DNA from: an uncultured Mageeibacillus sp.
GTDB taxonomy: Bacteria > Bacillota > Clostridia > Saccharofermentanales > DTU023
Assembly: GCA_964345335.1 (NCBI GenBank)
Contig: CAYFQU010000005.1
Span: 1-46,050 of the forward strand
DNA length: 46,050 nt
Reading direction: 5' to 3'
The notes beneath the pieces are model-generated. The model did not search any database. It saw nothing but the letters and a program-made list of their open reading frames with translations, and was not told the DNA's origin. Of the stretch, positions 34,698 to 44,990 are shown piece after piece (position 1 is the stretch's first letter; every line of letters begins with the position of its first letter). Position numbers and translations under genes: made by a program.

Positions 34698-37142
34698 CTA
34701 TATAAGTTGATATTTTTTTACAATATATTGACTGATTTTCAAAAACAGTACTGTGAGTAATAAAGCAATGCCACAATAGACAATTGTATACATTAAAATG
34801 CCGCCGCTGAGTTGTTCCAAAAAGAAAATCCCAGGAAAAATCGTAAAAGCAAGCAAAACCAGCACAAAAGAAAAAAGCCAGATCGATGCAGTATGCCGAT
34901 TGAAAGGCTTGCAAACCCGCCATAGAATCAACAGACTGATGCTTAATAAAATACAAAGCGTAATTGTGCTGCGGTACATTTTAGGAATATGAAATACCGG
35001 CATGGTGAGATATTGCAGAAAAACCATCAGGGTGGCAACCAATCCTGCAGGCAAAGAAACTTGCATCGTTTTCGGTAAAAATTTGCCTTTCACCCGGTTT
35101 TGATTGGGCAGCAAAGCCAAGAAAAATCCCGGTATGCCAATCGTACCGGAGCTGATCAAAGTCATCTGTATGGGGAACAGAGGGAAAGGATCTTTTAAGA
35201 ATAAAAAGACAATACTCAGCAGAACGACATAGACAGTTTTGGTTAAAAATAAAATAGCCGTTCTTTCAATATTATTGATAATTCTTCTCCCCTCATAGAC
35301 AGTCGGGATCATTTCCGAAAGATTATTATTTAAAAGCACTAAATCGGAACTGATTTTCGCAACATTACTACCTTCAGCCATAGCAATACTACAGTCGGCA
35401 ATTTTCATGGCCGGTACATCATTGATCCCGTCACCCGTCATGCCGACAATATGGTTTTTCTTCTGCAAGGTCGAAATAATTTCTTTTTTCTGAAAAGGCG
35501 TCACCCTGCCGAAGAATTGATATTCATCGACAATCTGCTCATAGGGGATAGGTTCTTGTTCCTGGCTTAAATCAATGGTTTTGCCCAAATCAGAAATATT
35601 CGCTTTATTGGCAATCGTCTGCACTGTCACCGGATTATCTCCGGAAATAATTTTCAATTTAACATCCTGCTTGGAAAAATAATCAAAAGTTTCCTTGGCC
35701 TGTTCCCGGATCGTATCGCTGAGCTCAATGATACATTGTAAAGTCAGATTCTCCGGAATAATCGTGTCCTGCTCCAAATCGGAAGGAGCATAAGCAACGG
35801 CTAAAAGACGAATTCCCTGTTTTGCTCTGCGGGACAAATAATCCTGTTGCTTTTCCAACTCCTCGTTTGCTAAGAGTATCTCCGGAGCACCGAAAAGCCA
35901 TAATCCGGCTTTTTCAAAAAATACGCCAGACCATTTCTTTTCAGAAGAAAAAGAATAAAGCCGCTTGATTTTATCCTGCGTTTGTTGTTTAGGAATTCCA
36001 TGAGTTGCCAAATAGGCTAAAATTGCCTGTGCTGTTTTATTCTGATCGTCCAAAGCAAGAAGTCCCCGTTCAACAGCTTCCAAAATTTGCTCTTCCGACT
36101 TCGTAAAAAATTCAATATCTTCAACCTGCATATCCCCGGTGGTAATCGTACCGGTTTTATCCAGGCATAACACGTCAATGCGGGCCAGAGTTTCAATCGT
36201 GCTCATTCTTTGGACTAAAATATTATTTTTTGCTAAAGCGATCACACCGATGAAAAAAGCAGCTGAATTTAATAAAACCAGCCCTTCCGGAATCATACCG
36301 ACCAGAGCAGCTACGGTCGATGTCAAAATCTCTGCCAGAGGATCCGCATCGGCCTGTAGAACTTTACTCAAAATCATGGCTGTCCCGATCACGAAAATCA
36401 GCAGACCCAGATATTTAGAAATTTTGTCCAAGGCATTTTTGATTTCCGAATTCGGTTTGCGAATAATATGTGCTTCTTTGGAAATTTGAGCGGCATAGGT
36501 ATCATTTCCTACTTTTGTCACGAAAGCCAGCGCATTGCCGCTCGTTACATTGCTCCCGGAATAGAGTATGTCGCCTTCTTTTTTTTCGATAAAATCCGAC
36601 TCACCGGTTAATAAAGATTCATCAACCCGGAAATTAGCACCGCTCAAAAAAACAGCGTCAACCGGAATTTGATCTTCATAATGTAACTCCAATAAATCGC
36701 CCAGTACGATATCTTTAATATCTATTTTTTTCTTCTGACCGTCACGAATGGCGGTTATATCCATTTGATTGATAATGGAGAGGCGCAGCATTTCTTTGCG
36801 AGCTTTGGTTTCCTGAATAATACCGCCGATTGTATTGACGATCGCAACTCCAAAAAAGAAACCGTTGACAAGATATCTGAGATGATGTGTCAGCGAAACA
36901 TAGACAATCACCAAAAACAAAAAAAGATTGAGCATATTAAAAGGTGTGAGAATATGCTCTGCCATAATTTTGCCGATCGATTTCGGTTTATTGACCGAAT
37001 CATGATTGCCATACCCTAGCTTTTGACGACGCAGAGCTTCTGCTTCACTCAAACCCTCCGGTCCTGTTTGCTCAAAATCCGGACGATCATCCTGTTTCCT
37101 TTTCTGCCTTATAGGGTTCAATTTTGTTAATTTTTTCCACAT
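34698..37142 (-). CDS. Cation-translocating P-type ATPase (type II-like, PEGL motif)
   Basis: 814 aa with TGES, the phosphorylation site DKTGTIT, MIPEGL in TM4 and the hinge MTGDGINDVPAMK. Confidence 0.88.
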   Translation of the reverse strand: MWKKLTKLNPIRQKRKQDDRPDFEQTGPEGLSEAEALRRQKLGYGNHDSVNKPKSIGKIMAEHILTPFNMLNLFLFLVIVYVSLTHHLRYLVNGFFFGVAIVNTIGGIIQETKARKEMLRLSIINQMDITAIRDGQKKKIDIKDIVLGDLLELHYEDQIPVDAVFLSGANFRVDESLLTGESDFIEKKEGDILYSGSNVTSGNALAFVTKVGNDTYAAQISKEAHIIRKPNSEIKNALDKISKYLGLLIFVIGTAMILSKVLQADADPLAEILTSTVAALVGMIPEGLVLLNSAAFFIGVIALAKNNILVQRMSTIETLARIDVLCLDKTGTITTGDMQVEDIEFFTKSEEQILEAVERGLLALDDQNKTAQAILAYLATHGIPKQQTQDKIKRLYSFSSEKKWSGVFFEKAGLWLFGAPEILLANEELEKQQDYLSRRAKQGIRLLAVAYAPSDLEQDTIIPENLTLQCIIELSDTIREQAKETFDYFSKQDVKLKIISGDNPVTVQTIANKANISDLGKTIDLSQEQEPIPYEQIVDEYQFFGRVTPFQKKEIISTLQKKNHIVGMTGDGINDVPAMKIADCSIAMAEGSNVAKISSDLVLLNNNLSEMIPTVYEGRRIINNIERTAILFLTKTVYVVLLSIVFLFLKDPFPLFPIQMTLISSGTIGIPGFFLALLPNQNRVKGKFLPKTMQVSLPAGLVATLMVFLQYLTMPVFHIPKMYRSTITLCILLSISLLILWRVCKPFNRHTASIWLFSFVLVLLAFTIFPGIFFLEQLSGGILMYTIVYCGIALLLTVLFLKISQYIVKKYQLI

Positions 37143-37224
37143 ATATATAGTCTACCAAAGTCAGTGTTTCGGAACAGTCATAAAAACTAAGATTTTATTA
37201 ATTTCTGCAGTTTTAAATTCATAT

Positions 37225-38139
37225 TTAGGAACGTATTGCAGATAGTGCCTCCGTCTTATGAAATAGCTTCTGATCAAAGTGAATATTCTTTAGATAAAGC
37301 AAAAAATCAGTCACTCTCTTCAATTCCCGAAGCGGTACCAGATGACCTTGCTTTTGATCATAAGAAAAAATCAAATTGCGGGCTTCAGGATAGGCACGGG
37401 ACTTTTGTTCGAAGTCCTCGGTGATCCGACAAGGTACCAGCGGATCCTGTTTGGCATGCCAAAAATACATGATGCGCTGCTTGAGTCGTCTGATGTCCTG
37501 TCCCAAGTCATATTCCGCAAGCTGTCTTTGTAAATCCGTTAAAGCTTGTTCTTTTTGCCTGGTCATGCGATCTAAGCTTGTTGTATTCGGCAAAGGTTGT
37601 TCCGGATAGAAAAACTGACTCGCATCAACCAGCGATCGCATACCGTCTATTTGAAAATGCTTGACCAGATCTTGTAAGAAAGCAGCTCCCATCAGCGAAA
37701 CAGCAGCCGGTATATAGTCGAATTTATACATCAGGGCATTGACGATCATCGCTCCCATGGAAATGCCGGCAACAGCAAATTGGCTTCTATCCATCTGCTG
37801 AGGAGAAGATGTTCGATAATAATCGAATAATATAGGAAATTCATCGACCGTTTTCATAATCGTCTGAAACATCAGATCAATATCCCACATTTTTAATTCC
37901 TGCTTCTTTCTGGCACCGTGACCATAACAATCCGCCATGATAATACGGTAATTTGAAGCGGACAATTGTTTGGCGATATCCAGCATATCTTCTTTACAAG
38001 AAGTCCAACCATGATATAAAAACAGTAATGGCAACTCAGAATGATTTTGCTCCCGGTAGATTTCCAAAATCGGAATTTCTCCGACCAAATAATCTTTGGT
38101 GTATATTTTTTTCGTCACAGTAATCCGCTTCCCAATCAA
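37225..38139 (-). CDS. Alpha/beta hydrolase (esterase/peptidase-like)
   Basis: 304 aa with the nucleophile elbow GISMGA and an HGW oxyanion region. The TTG start has a poor RBS, and an in-frame GTG 7 codons downstream (VTKKIY) is an alternative. Confidence 0.6.
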   Translation of the reverse strand: MIGKRITVTKKIYTKDYLVGEIPILEIYREQNHSELPLLFLYHGWTSCKEDMLDIAKQLSASNYRIIMADCYGHGARKKQELKMWDIDLMFQTIMKTVDEFPILFDYYRTSSPQQMDRSQFAVAGISMGAMIVNALMYKFDYIPAAVSLMGAAFLQDLVKHFQIDGMRSLVDASQFFYPEQPLPNTTSLDRMTRQKEQALTDLQRQLAEYDLGQDIRRLKQRIMYFWHAKQDPLVPCRITEDFEQKSRAYPEARNLIFSYDQKQGHLVPLRELKRVTDFLLYLKNIHFDQKLFHKTEALSAIRS

Positions 38140-38247
38140 TAGATTTTTTAAAATCCTAATAATTTCTTAATAATATCTTTTTTCTTACCGACTATATTAT
38201 GTTAGCATTTAGAATATAATAGTGAAATATCGGAGAGATAAGAAAGC

Positions 38248-38961
38248 ATGAGTGATAAAAAAACCATTTTAATCTGCGATGATGATTGTGATATTGTCAC
38301 AGCTTTGAAAATATATTTAAAGTCAGAAGGCTATCATGTTTTAACCGCTTATAATGGACAGGAAGCAATTGACATATTACACAACAATAATGTTCATCTC
38401 ATTTTATTGGATTTGATGATGCCGATTATGGATGGAATGACGGCGACCAAAAAAATTCGCGAATTTAGCAATGTACCGATCATTCATCTAACAGCCAAAA
38501 GTCAAGATCATGAGAAGGTGATGGGTTTGAATTTAGGCGCGGATGATTATATTGTAAAGCCCTTTAATCCGACCGAGCTCATCGCCAGAATCAGATCGCA
38601 ATTAAGACGTTTTACTCATTTAGGTGGCTTAAAAGTAACCGGCAATATTCTCTCCAGCGGTTCATTAACGATGAATACAGAAACCAGAGAAGTAAAAGTT
38701 GAGCAGGAAACAATCGCGTTAACTCCAATCGAATTCAATATTTTAAAATTATTATTAGAAAATCCGGGGAAAGTCTTTTCCTCTTCCGACATTTATGAAC
38801 ATGTTTGGCAAACACCTTCCTATGGTGCAGACGGCACCGTTGCGGTACACATTCGCCATTTGAGAGAAAAAATTGAAATCAATCCGGCAGATCCGAAATT
38901 GATTACGGTCATCTGGGGTCAGGGTTATCGCATTGAAGATTTACCCCGTCCTGAACAATAA
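38248..38961 (+). CDS. OmpR-family response regulator
   Basis: 237 aa with a receiver domain (DDDCD ... LILLDLMMP ... TAKS) and a winged-helix domain (LTPIEFNILKLL, IWGQGYRI). Confidence 0.9.
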   Translation: MSDKKTILICDDDCDIVTALKIYLKSEGYHVLTAYNGQEAIDILHNNNVHLILLDLMMPIMDGMTATKKIREFSNVPIIHLTAKSQDHEKVMGLNLGADDYIVKPFNPTELIARIRSQLRRFTHLGGLKVTGNILSSGSLTMNTETREVKVEQETIALTPIEFNILKLLLENPGKVFSSSDIYEHVWQTPSYGADGTVAVHIRHLREKIEINPADPKLITVIWGQGYRIEDLPRPEQ

Positions 38962-38990
38962 ATAGACTTTGGAATATTGTTGCCGTAAAA

Positions 38991-40700
38991 ATGCGTATTC
39001 GATCCAGTTTATTATTTAAATTATTCGTTTTCAGTATCTCTGTACTTTTATTTTTTTACAGTGCTTTCATGATCGTGTCCCTTTATTCGGCTGATCATAT
39101 TCCATCACAGGCTGGTCAGGAGTGGAACCTCTATCCCCCAAATAATATGAGCAATCGAGAATTTTCGCTGAAAGGTAATGAAATGCCTCTGTCGCCCCAA
39201 GCGAAGGAAATCGATCATCCTCAGGAGTTTCAAGATAAGCTGATAGAATTTAACAGTCGTAAAAATCAGCATCTGAGCATCCCGATTTTTTCTTTTTTTG
39301 TTATTTTGATTTCCTTTATCTATTTAACACTCAGTCTGGGTTGGCAAAAATCTCAAGATCATCCTGCTTTTTATATCATACATAAATTGCCGATTGACTT
39401 GCTCCTGATTGTATTTGCTTTGCTTTGCTACAGTATCAGCCTTATATCGCAAGAACTCTTTGCCGATGAAATACCGGTTTTTCTATCATCTTTTCCTAAT
39501 CTACAGTTATTGGCGGCCACTTTATATACTATTATTTTTATCGCTCTATACGGTTTCGTTTTAGTTTTTACGGCTCAGATCAAAGTCGATACATTGTGGC
39601 AAAGCTCTTTGTTTTATAAACTATTGCTGTTCCTGCAAAAACAATTGCTCAAACTCTGGCAATTATTAAAAAAACTTTATCTGTCCTGCTCGCTTTATAC
39701 CAAACAAATTATTCTTGTCATTCTCTTTTTATCGTTGAATTTTTTCTTGATCCGGCAGATTATCACACAAGAAAATAAACGCTATTTATATATCATTGGT
39801 TTTGTCCTTTTCAACATCATTTATTTCATCATCAATGTCCGCTATATCAAAAGTTTTGAAATCATAAAAAAATCAATTATTTTAATTAACAAGGGCAATT
39901 TTGATGAAATTAAGGTGACAGATGTGAATGAAAACTTCGCAGAAGTTGCTGATTCCATTTCCGAATTGAATCAGAATATAAAAAGAGCAATTGAGGAAAA
40001 AACCCGAAGCGAGCAATTTAAAACAGAATTGATCACCAATGTTTCACATGATATCAAAACACCTCTTACTTCGATTATCATGTTTACAGATCTATTAGCC
40101 CGAGAAAAAACAGAAAACGAAAATATCAAGGAATATGTCGCTATCCTCGAAAAGCAATCAGCTCGCCTAAAGAATTTAATTGAAGATTTAATTGAAGCCT
40201 CCAAAATTTCCACCGGTAATATCCAGGTTCAATTAACTTCTTTAAATCTAAATGAATTTTTGAATCAGATCTATGCTGAATACGAAGAAAAATTTAATCG
40301 GCAAAACCTGAAATTGATCTTTACTTTGCCTGAAAACCCGGTTTTTGTGAAAGCTGACGCCAAGGCTTTTTTCCGCGTTATTGATAATTTGCTGAATAAT
40401 ATTCTGAAATACGCATTACCCGACAGCAGAGTATATTTAGATGTTCTCACACTAAAAAAGGAAAACATTCAAATCCGTCTACGCAATGTTTCGGCCGAGC
40501 CTCTGAATATTTCAGCCGAGCAATTAATGGAACGCTTTGTACAGGGTGATCTGTCTAGAAATTCCGGCGGCAGCGGGATCGGTTTATCGATTGCCAAATC
40601 TTTAATGGAAGCACAAAACGGTTCTTTGTCTATAAAAATAGACGGCGATTTATTCACCGTCTATTTAAGTATTCCGAAATCGTTCATTTTGGACAAATGA
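38991..40700 (+). CDS. Sensor histidine kinase (HisKA/HATPase_c) with a multi-TM N-terminus
   Basis: 569 aa with H-box SHDIKTPLTS, N-box LLNNILKYA and G-box GGSGIGLSIAK. Several N-terminal TM segments are present. Confidence 0.88.
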   Translation: MRIRSSLLFKLFVFSISVLLFFYSAFMIVSLYSADHIPSQAGQEWNLYPPNNMSNREFSLKGNEMPLSPQAKEIDHPQEFQDKLIEFNSRKNQHLSIPIFSFFVILISFIYLTLSLGWQKSQDHPAFYIIHKLPIDLLLIVFALLCYSISLISQELFADEIPVFLSSFPNLQLLAATLYTIIFIALYGFVLVFTAQIKVDTLWQSSLFYKLLLFLQKQLLKLWQLLKKLYLSCSLYTKQIILVILFLSLNFFLIRQIITQENKRYLYIIGFVLFNIIYFIINVRYIKSFEIIKKSIILINKGNFDEIKVTDVNENFAEVADSISELNQNIKRAIEEKTRSEQFKTELITNVSHDIKTPLTSIIMFTDLLAREKTENENIKEYVAILEKQSARLKNLIEDLIEASKISTGNIQVQLTSLNLNEFLNQIYAEYEEKFNRQNLKLIFTLPENPVFVKADAKAFFRVIDNLLNNILKYALPDSRVYLDVLTLKKENIQIRLRNVSAEPLNISAEQLMERFVQGDLSRNSGGSGIGLSIAKSLMEAQNGSLSIKIDGDLFTVYLSIPKSFILDK

Positions 40701-40718
40701 GAAATGACCACAAGGTGT

Positions 40719-42011
40719 TTATAAAGTTATCTCTTCCATACCATTCATAAACGGATGCAATACTTCAGGGATTTTAACGCTGCCGTCAGCCTGCTGATAT
40801 TGTTCAATAATCGCCGGGAAAATGCGGCTAGTCGCCAGCCCTGAGGCATTCAAGGTATGGACGAATTCATTTTTACCGGTCTTTTCATTCTTATAGCGAA
40901 TATTACCTCTTCTCGCCTGATAATCACCTGCATTTGAAGCTGAAGAAACCTCTTTATAATCATTCATGCTGGGAATCCAAACTTCGATATCATAAGTTTC
41001 ACGCATCGATGCCGAGCAATCTTCAGCCGCTAATTTAGAGACACGATAATGTAAACCTAAGCCCTTGACCAACTGTTCCGCTTTGCGAATCAATTCCTGT
41101 AAAGCTTCAGCGGAATTCTCCGGAGTTGTGTATTGGAACATTTCAATCTTATTGAATTGATGGCCGCGAATCATTCCGCGCTCCTCTGCTCGATAGCTGC
41201 CTGCTTCCATACGGTAACAAGGTGTATAGGCAAAATATTTAAACGGCAATTCCGCTTCATTTAAAATTTCGTCACGATGCAGATTCACCAATGCCGTTTC
41301 AGCCGTCGGCAATAAAAAGCGCTTAAAGCCATGCTCATCATCGATATCTTTCTCACCGATCGTATATACGTCACCTTCAAATTTAGGAAATTGTCCTGCC
41401 GTAAAACCACATTCATAATTCAGCATATGTGGAGGTAAGATCATTTCATAATTATCCAGTAAATGATTCTGTATAAAGTAATTAAGCAAAGCCCATTCCA
41501 GCATAGCTCCCGCCCCACGATAAACCCAATGGCCGGCACCGGCAAGCTTAGCCCCTCTCGCATAATCAATAATGCCTAAGCGTTCAACTAAATCCACATG
41601 ATGTTTCGGTTCAAAATCAAAACTTGGTTTTTCACCGTAAGCACGAATCACTTGATTATTTTCTTTGCCGCCTCCCACAACACCGTCAGCCGGTAAATTT
41701 GGCAAACCGATTACAAAATTATTTTGTTCCTCGGTTAAAATGGAGAGCTTTGTATCATTCTCTTTGATTTGATCGCTGATTTCGCGCATTTTTGCCAGAA
41801 TATCAGAAACATCTTTTCCTTCTTTTTTCAGCCTTGGAACCTCAGCAGATGTTTTATTTCTCTCCGCCTTCAAAGTTTCCGTTGCATGAATTAAATTTCT
41901 GCGTTCTTTATCTTTTTCTAAAAAATCCGTGAAATCAACATCAACCCCGCGTAAAGCCAGTTTTTCTTTCACAAAAGCAGGATCTTTTCTGATTAAATTA
42001 ATATCTAACAT
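40719..42011 (-). CDS. serS: Serine--tRNA ligase
   Basis: 430 aa with an N-terminal coiled-coil arm and class II motifs (FRLLPTAE-like LLPTAETAL, YRAEERGMIRGHQF, NASGLATSR). Confidence 0.95.
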   Translation of the reverse strand: MLDINLIRKDPAFVKEKLALRGVDVDFTDFLEKDKERRNLIHATETLKAERNKTSAEVPRLKKEGKDVSDILAKMREISDQIKENDTKLSILTEEQNNFVIGLPNLPADGVVGGGKENNQVIRAYGEKPSFDFEPKHHVDLVERLGIIDYARGAKLAGAGHWVYRGAGAMLEWALLNYFIQNHLLDNYEMILPPHMLNYECGFTAGQFPKFEGDVYTIGEKDIDDEHGFKRFLLPTAETALVNLHRDEILNEAELPFKYFAYTPCYRMEAGSYRAEERGMIRGHQFNKIEMFQYTTPENSAEALQELIRKAEQLVKGLGLHYRVSKLAAEDCSASMRETYDIEVWIPSMNDYKEVSSASNAGDYQARRGNIRYKNEKTGKNEFVHTLNASGLATSRIFPAIIEQYQQADGSVKIPEVLHPFMNGMEEITL

Positions 42012-42228
42012 AGGTCCTCTCCAATCTGCATATCAATACCCTATATTATTATCCAGACATCATTTTTTTTCAAATCTATCAAATGATATTTCTTGGATTT
42101 TGCCTGCTATATCAAATTTATCAATGCATCAATCTATATTCTATTTACGAATAAAGCGAAAACATGATATCTTATAAATAAGATAAATAAGATAAAGGAT
42201 TTATAAATTTATTTGGAGTATATCGGAT

Positions 42229-43626
42229 ATGAAAAAGTTGAGTTCCACAGAAAAAATTATTTTATTTGCTACGTTTATGTTGGTTTTCTGCACCGTGATC
42301 CTACTTGTGGTTAAGGTCATTAAAAATAATAAAAATAATCACTTAACCGCAGCTCTTGTCCCTATCAACAGCGAGCATAAAACAAATTTGCCTGAATCGG
42401 AAGAAGCAAATTCAGGCATCGTGTTGTCGGAGCAAGACACAAGCAATGAAACCAATGCAACAAAAAAAAGTGAGAAATCCCTGGATCCGGAAAAAATTGA
42501 ACGCCTGATCGCTATGTACGATTATGATACCGCCCTGGCGGAAATTGCTGATTCCAAAGAAGCAAATACGGCGATTGGGGAACAATATAAAAAGCAAATT
42601 GAAGAAATTAAGGCTGCTTTAGTCCCCGCAGATCCATATCCGACACATATTTTCTTTCATTCTCTCATCGCCGATACAGACTTAGCCTTCGATGGAGATT
42701 ATAAAGCAGACGGTTATAATCAATATATGACGACAATTACTGAATTTAATAAGATGCTGGAAGAAATGCATCAACGCGGTTTTGTCTTGATTTCCATCAA
42801 AGATTTAGTACGTAGAGAAAAAGATGAAAACGGGAATGATGTATTTGTACAAAATGAAATCTTATTGCCGCAAGGTAAAAAACCGCTCATCCTTTCTGTC
42901 GATGATGTCAATTACTATGAGTATATGGAAGCAGACGGTTTCGCCAAAAAACTGACCCTGGATGATCAGGGCAAGGTCGTCAATGAATATGTGACCCAAG
43001 AGGGATTTACAAAATATGGTGCTTATGATGTGGCTCCACTGCTCGATCAATTCGTCGAAGAACATCCCGATTTTTCCTATCAAGGTGCCAAAGGTATCTT
43101 AGCAGTCACAGGCTACGAGGGAGTTTTAGGTTATCGCACGGATAGTTCCTACCAGCAGGAGAATCCTAATTTTGAAGAAGATAAAGCCATGGCAAAAAAA
43201 GTAGCTGATGCCTTAAAAGCCGATGGTTGGGAATTTGCTTCCCATTCCTGGGGGCATATACCGATGGCTGTCACTCCTTTAGAAAATATTATAGAAGATA
43301 CACAAAATTTTTTGGAAAATGTCATCCCGATTATCGGAGAAACCAATATTCTGATTTATGCACATGGCAGTGATATTGCCGTAGGAGTGGATCCTTATGC
43401 AGCGGATAATGATAAATTTCAGTATTTACACTCCGTCGGTTTTGAATTTTTCTGTCCGGTTGACTCAATTTCAAACTGGACTGTATATGCTGCCGATCAT
43501 GTACGCCAGGGTCGCAAAAATTTAGACGGTTATCGCATGTATTATAATCCGGAGTTAGTTGATGATTTATTTGATGTAGAGGATATTCTGGATCCCGCCA
43601 GACCATTACCTGTACCTCCGATTTAA
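42229..43626 (+). CDS. Membrane-anchored NodB-fold polysaccharide deacetylase family protein
   Basis: 465 aa with an N-terminal TM anchor and the NodB-like motifs LSVDDVNYY (TFDD-type) and SHSWGH (H-S-x-x-H). Confidence 0.55.
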   Translation: MKKLSSTEKIILFATFMLVFCTVILLVVKVIKNNKNNHLTAALVPINSEHKTNLPESEEANSGIVLSEQDTSNETNATKKSEKSLDPEKIERLIAMYDYDTALAEIADSKEANTAIGEQYKKQIEEIKAALVPADPYPTHIFFHSLIADTDLAFDGDYKADGYNQYMTTITEFNKMLEEMHQRGFVLISIKDLVRREKDENGNDVFVQNEILLPQGKKPLILSVDDVNYYEYMEADGFAKKLTLDDQGKVVNEYVTQEGFTKYGAYDVAPLLDQFVEEHPDFSYQGAKGILAVTGYEGVLGYRTDSSYQQENPNFEEDKAMAKKVADALKADGWEFASHSWGHIPMAVTPLENIIEDTQNFLENVIPIIGETNILIYAHGSDIAVGVDPYAADNDKFQYLHSVGFEFFCPVDSISNWTVYAADHVRQGRKNLDGYRMYYNPELVDDLFDVEDILDPARPLPVPPI

Positions 43627-43651
43627 AGAAACTTTTGCTATGTTTTTCAGT

Positions 43652-43690
43652 AAAAAAAGAGAGTTGATCTTTTGTATCAACTCTCTTTTA
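43652..43690. terminator. Bidirectional rho-independent terminator between the deacetylase gene (+) and rplL (-)
   Basis: A7 run, stem agagagttgat / atcaactctct with a 7-nt loop, then a T-run. Confidence 0.8.
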
Positions 43691-43714
43691 TATTAAAACA
43701 GATTAAAAGTAAAA

Positions 43715-44095
43715 TTATTTAATTTCTACTTCAGCACCAGCTTCTGTTAACTTAGCAGCAGCTGCATCTGCTTCTTCTTTTGAAACATTTTCTTTAACAG
43801 CTTTAGGAGCTTCATCAACAACTGCTTTGGCTTCTTTTAAGCCTAAGCCTGTTAACTCACGCACAACTTTGATAACAGCAATTTTGGAAGAACCAGCTGA
43901 TTTTAACATAACAGTAAATTCTGTTTGTTCTTCTTCTGCAGCAGCAGCGCCACCGGCACCACCTGCGCTGACAGTCATCATAGCGGCAGCAGATACGCCG
44001 AATTCTTCTTCGATTAATTTTACTAAATCATTTAATTCAATAACACTTAAAGATTTAACATCTTCTAAGATCTGTGTAATTTTTTCGTTAGCCAT
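43715..44095 (-). CDS. rplL: 50S ribosomal protein L7/L12
   Basis: The sequence [26 protein letters not shown]... is canonical. I placed the start at the ATG at 44095, 7 nt after ggagga. The ORF-track start at 44110 includes the RBS. Confidence 0.95.
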   Translation of the reverse strand: MANEKITQILEDVKSLSVIELNDLVKLIEEEFGVSAAAMMTVSAGGAGGAAAAEEEQTEFTVMLKSAGSSKIAVIKVVRELTGLGLKEAKAVVDEAPKAVKENVSKEEADAAAAKLTEAGAEVEIK

Positions 44096-44152
44096 GTAAA
44101 TTTCCTCCATACATATAACTAATTATGGCTTTATGCCTCGGATTATTTCCGT

Positions 44153-44776
44153 TTATTCTTGAGCAGCTTCTTGTTCAGCTGCTTCTTCTTTTGTCTCTTC
44201 AGCTTTTTCTGTAACAGGTTCTTCGCTATTTTCAGCTTCAGCAGTTTTATCGACAACCAGATCCGCTACATTCTCTTTGCCTGCTTCAGCAGCTTTTTTT
44301 GCTAAGGCGTTCAAAGTCATAGCTAAGGATGTGATCGGGAACATAATGCCGGAAACCAATTGGCCATACAAAGTAGTTTGATCAGGAATACTTGCCAATT
44401 GCATGATCTTATCAAGATCAACTTTAGCACCTTCCATGGTACCACCTTTGATTTCCAATTTTTTTGTTTTATCGGCATATTCTTTGCTCAATTTCGGTGC
44501 TAAAACAACATCTTCACTAAAAGCAATGGCTGTCGGTCCTTTGAGTTCTTCTTCAAAACCCTCTAAACCTAATTGCTCAAAAGCTCTGATCAGAGTTGTA
44601 TTTTTAACAACGCGATAATGAACTCCTGCTTTGCGAAAAGCCGCACGCATTTCGGTATCTTCAGTCACATTCAGACCCATATAATCGTTTAAGACGATTG
44701 ATTGTGCGTCTTTTAATTCTGCAACCAAAGCATCTACTGCTTGCTGTTTCTTTTCCAAAATTCTAGGACTTGGCAT
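44153..44776 (-). CDS. rplJ: 50S ribosomal protein L10, with an acidic C-terminal extension
   Basis: 207 aa with a canonical L10 core (VLNDYMGLNVTEDTEMRAAFRKAGVHYRVVKNT). An additional Glu/Ala-rich tail of about 35-40 aa follows. Confidence 0.92.
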   Translation of the reverse strand: MPSPRILEKKQQAVDALVAELKDAQSIVLNDYMGLNVTEDTEMRAAFRKAGVHYRVVKNTTLIRAFEQLGLEGFEEELKGPTAIAFSEDVVLAPKLSKEYADKTKKLEIKGGTMEGAKVDLDKIMQLASIPDQTTLYGQLVSGIMFPITSLAMTLNALAKKAAEAGKENVADLVVDKTAEAENSEEPVTEKAEETKEEAAEQEAAQE

Positions 44777-44990
44777 TGAAATACCTCCTTTTTATATTTA
44801 AATACCCCTCACGCATCGGCGGAGGGGCAGGAAGTTCTTTCAACGAGCTGAAGAAATAAGCTTGTATCAGGAAACCTACTTTCCACCTCGGACGGAATGA
44901 TTATGCATAAAGCTCCGTCTGTCTTAGGCGTTGAGGTAATATTTATTTAATTGTCGCACATCGCTGTGCTCATTTCAAATCGATCGGTGC
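44777..44990 (-). promoter_or_regulatory. Probable L10 (rplJ) autoregulatory leader
   Basis: A 214-nt GC-enriched, hairpin-rich spacer lies between rplA and rplJ, where Bacillota carry the L10(L12)4-binding leader. I did not verify it motif by motif. Confidence 0.5.

Noticed and set aside
34684-34956. A 91-codon N-terminal extension of the ABC ATPase ORF overlaps the 3' end of the P-type ATPase gene.
   Set aside because: The extension is Cys/Phe-rich and non-protein-like (MYFIKHQSVDSMAGLQAFQSAYCIDLAFFFCAGFACFYDF...). It lies antisense-frame-shifted inside a well-supported gene. The conserved ABC N-terminus begins at the ATG at 34683. It is an artefact of taking the longest ORF.
42170-42200. 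Short tandem repeats (aataagata x2) here, and the repeats at 12908-12943, considered as CRISPR-like or minisatellite arrays.
   Set aside because: There are only two copies of 9 nt with no spacers. They are far too small for CRISPR and are consistent with ordinary AT-rich promoter DNA.
42012-42228. Expected a T-box leader upstream of serS, as in Bacillus.
   Set aside because: The 217-bp spacer is very AT-rich and is shared with the divergent deacetylase gene. It contains no GGGTGG..ACC-type T-box core or terminator on the - strand.
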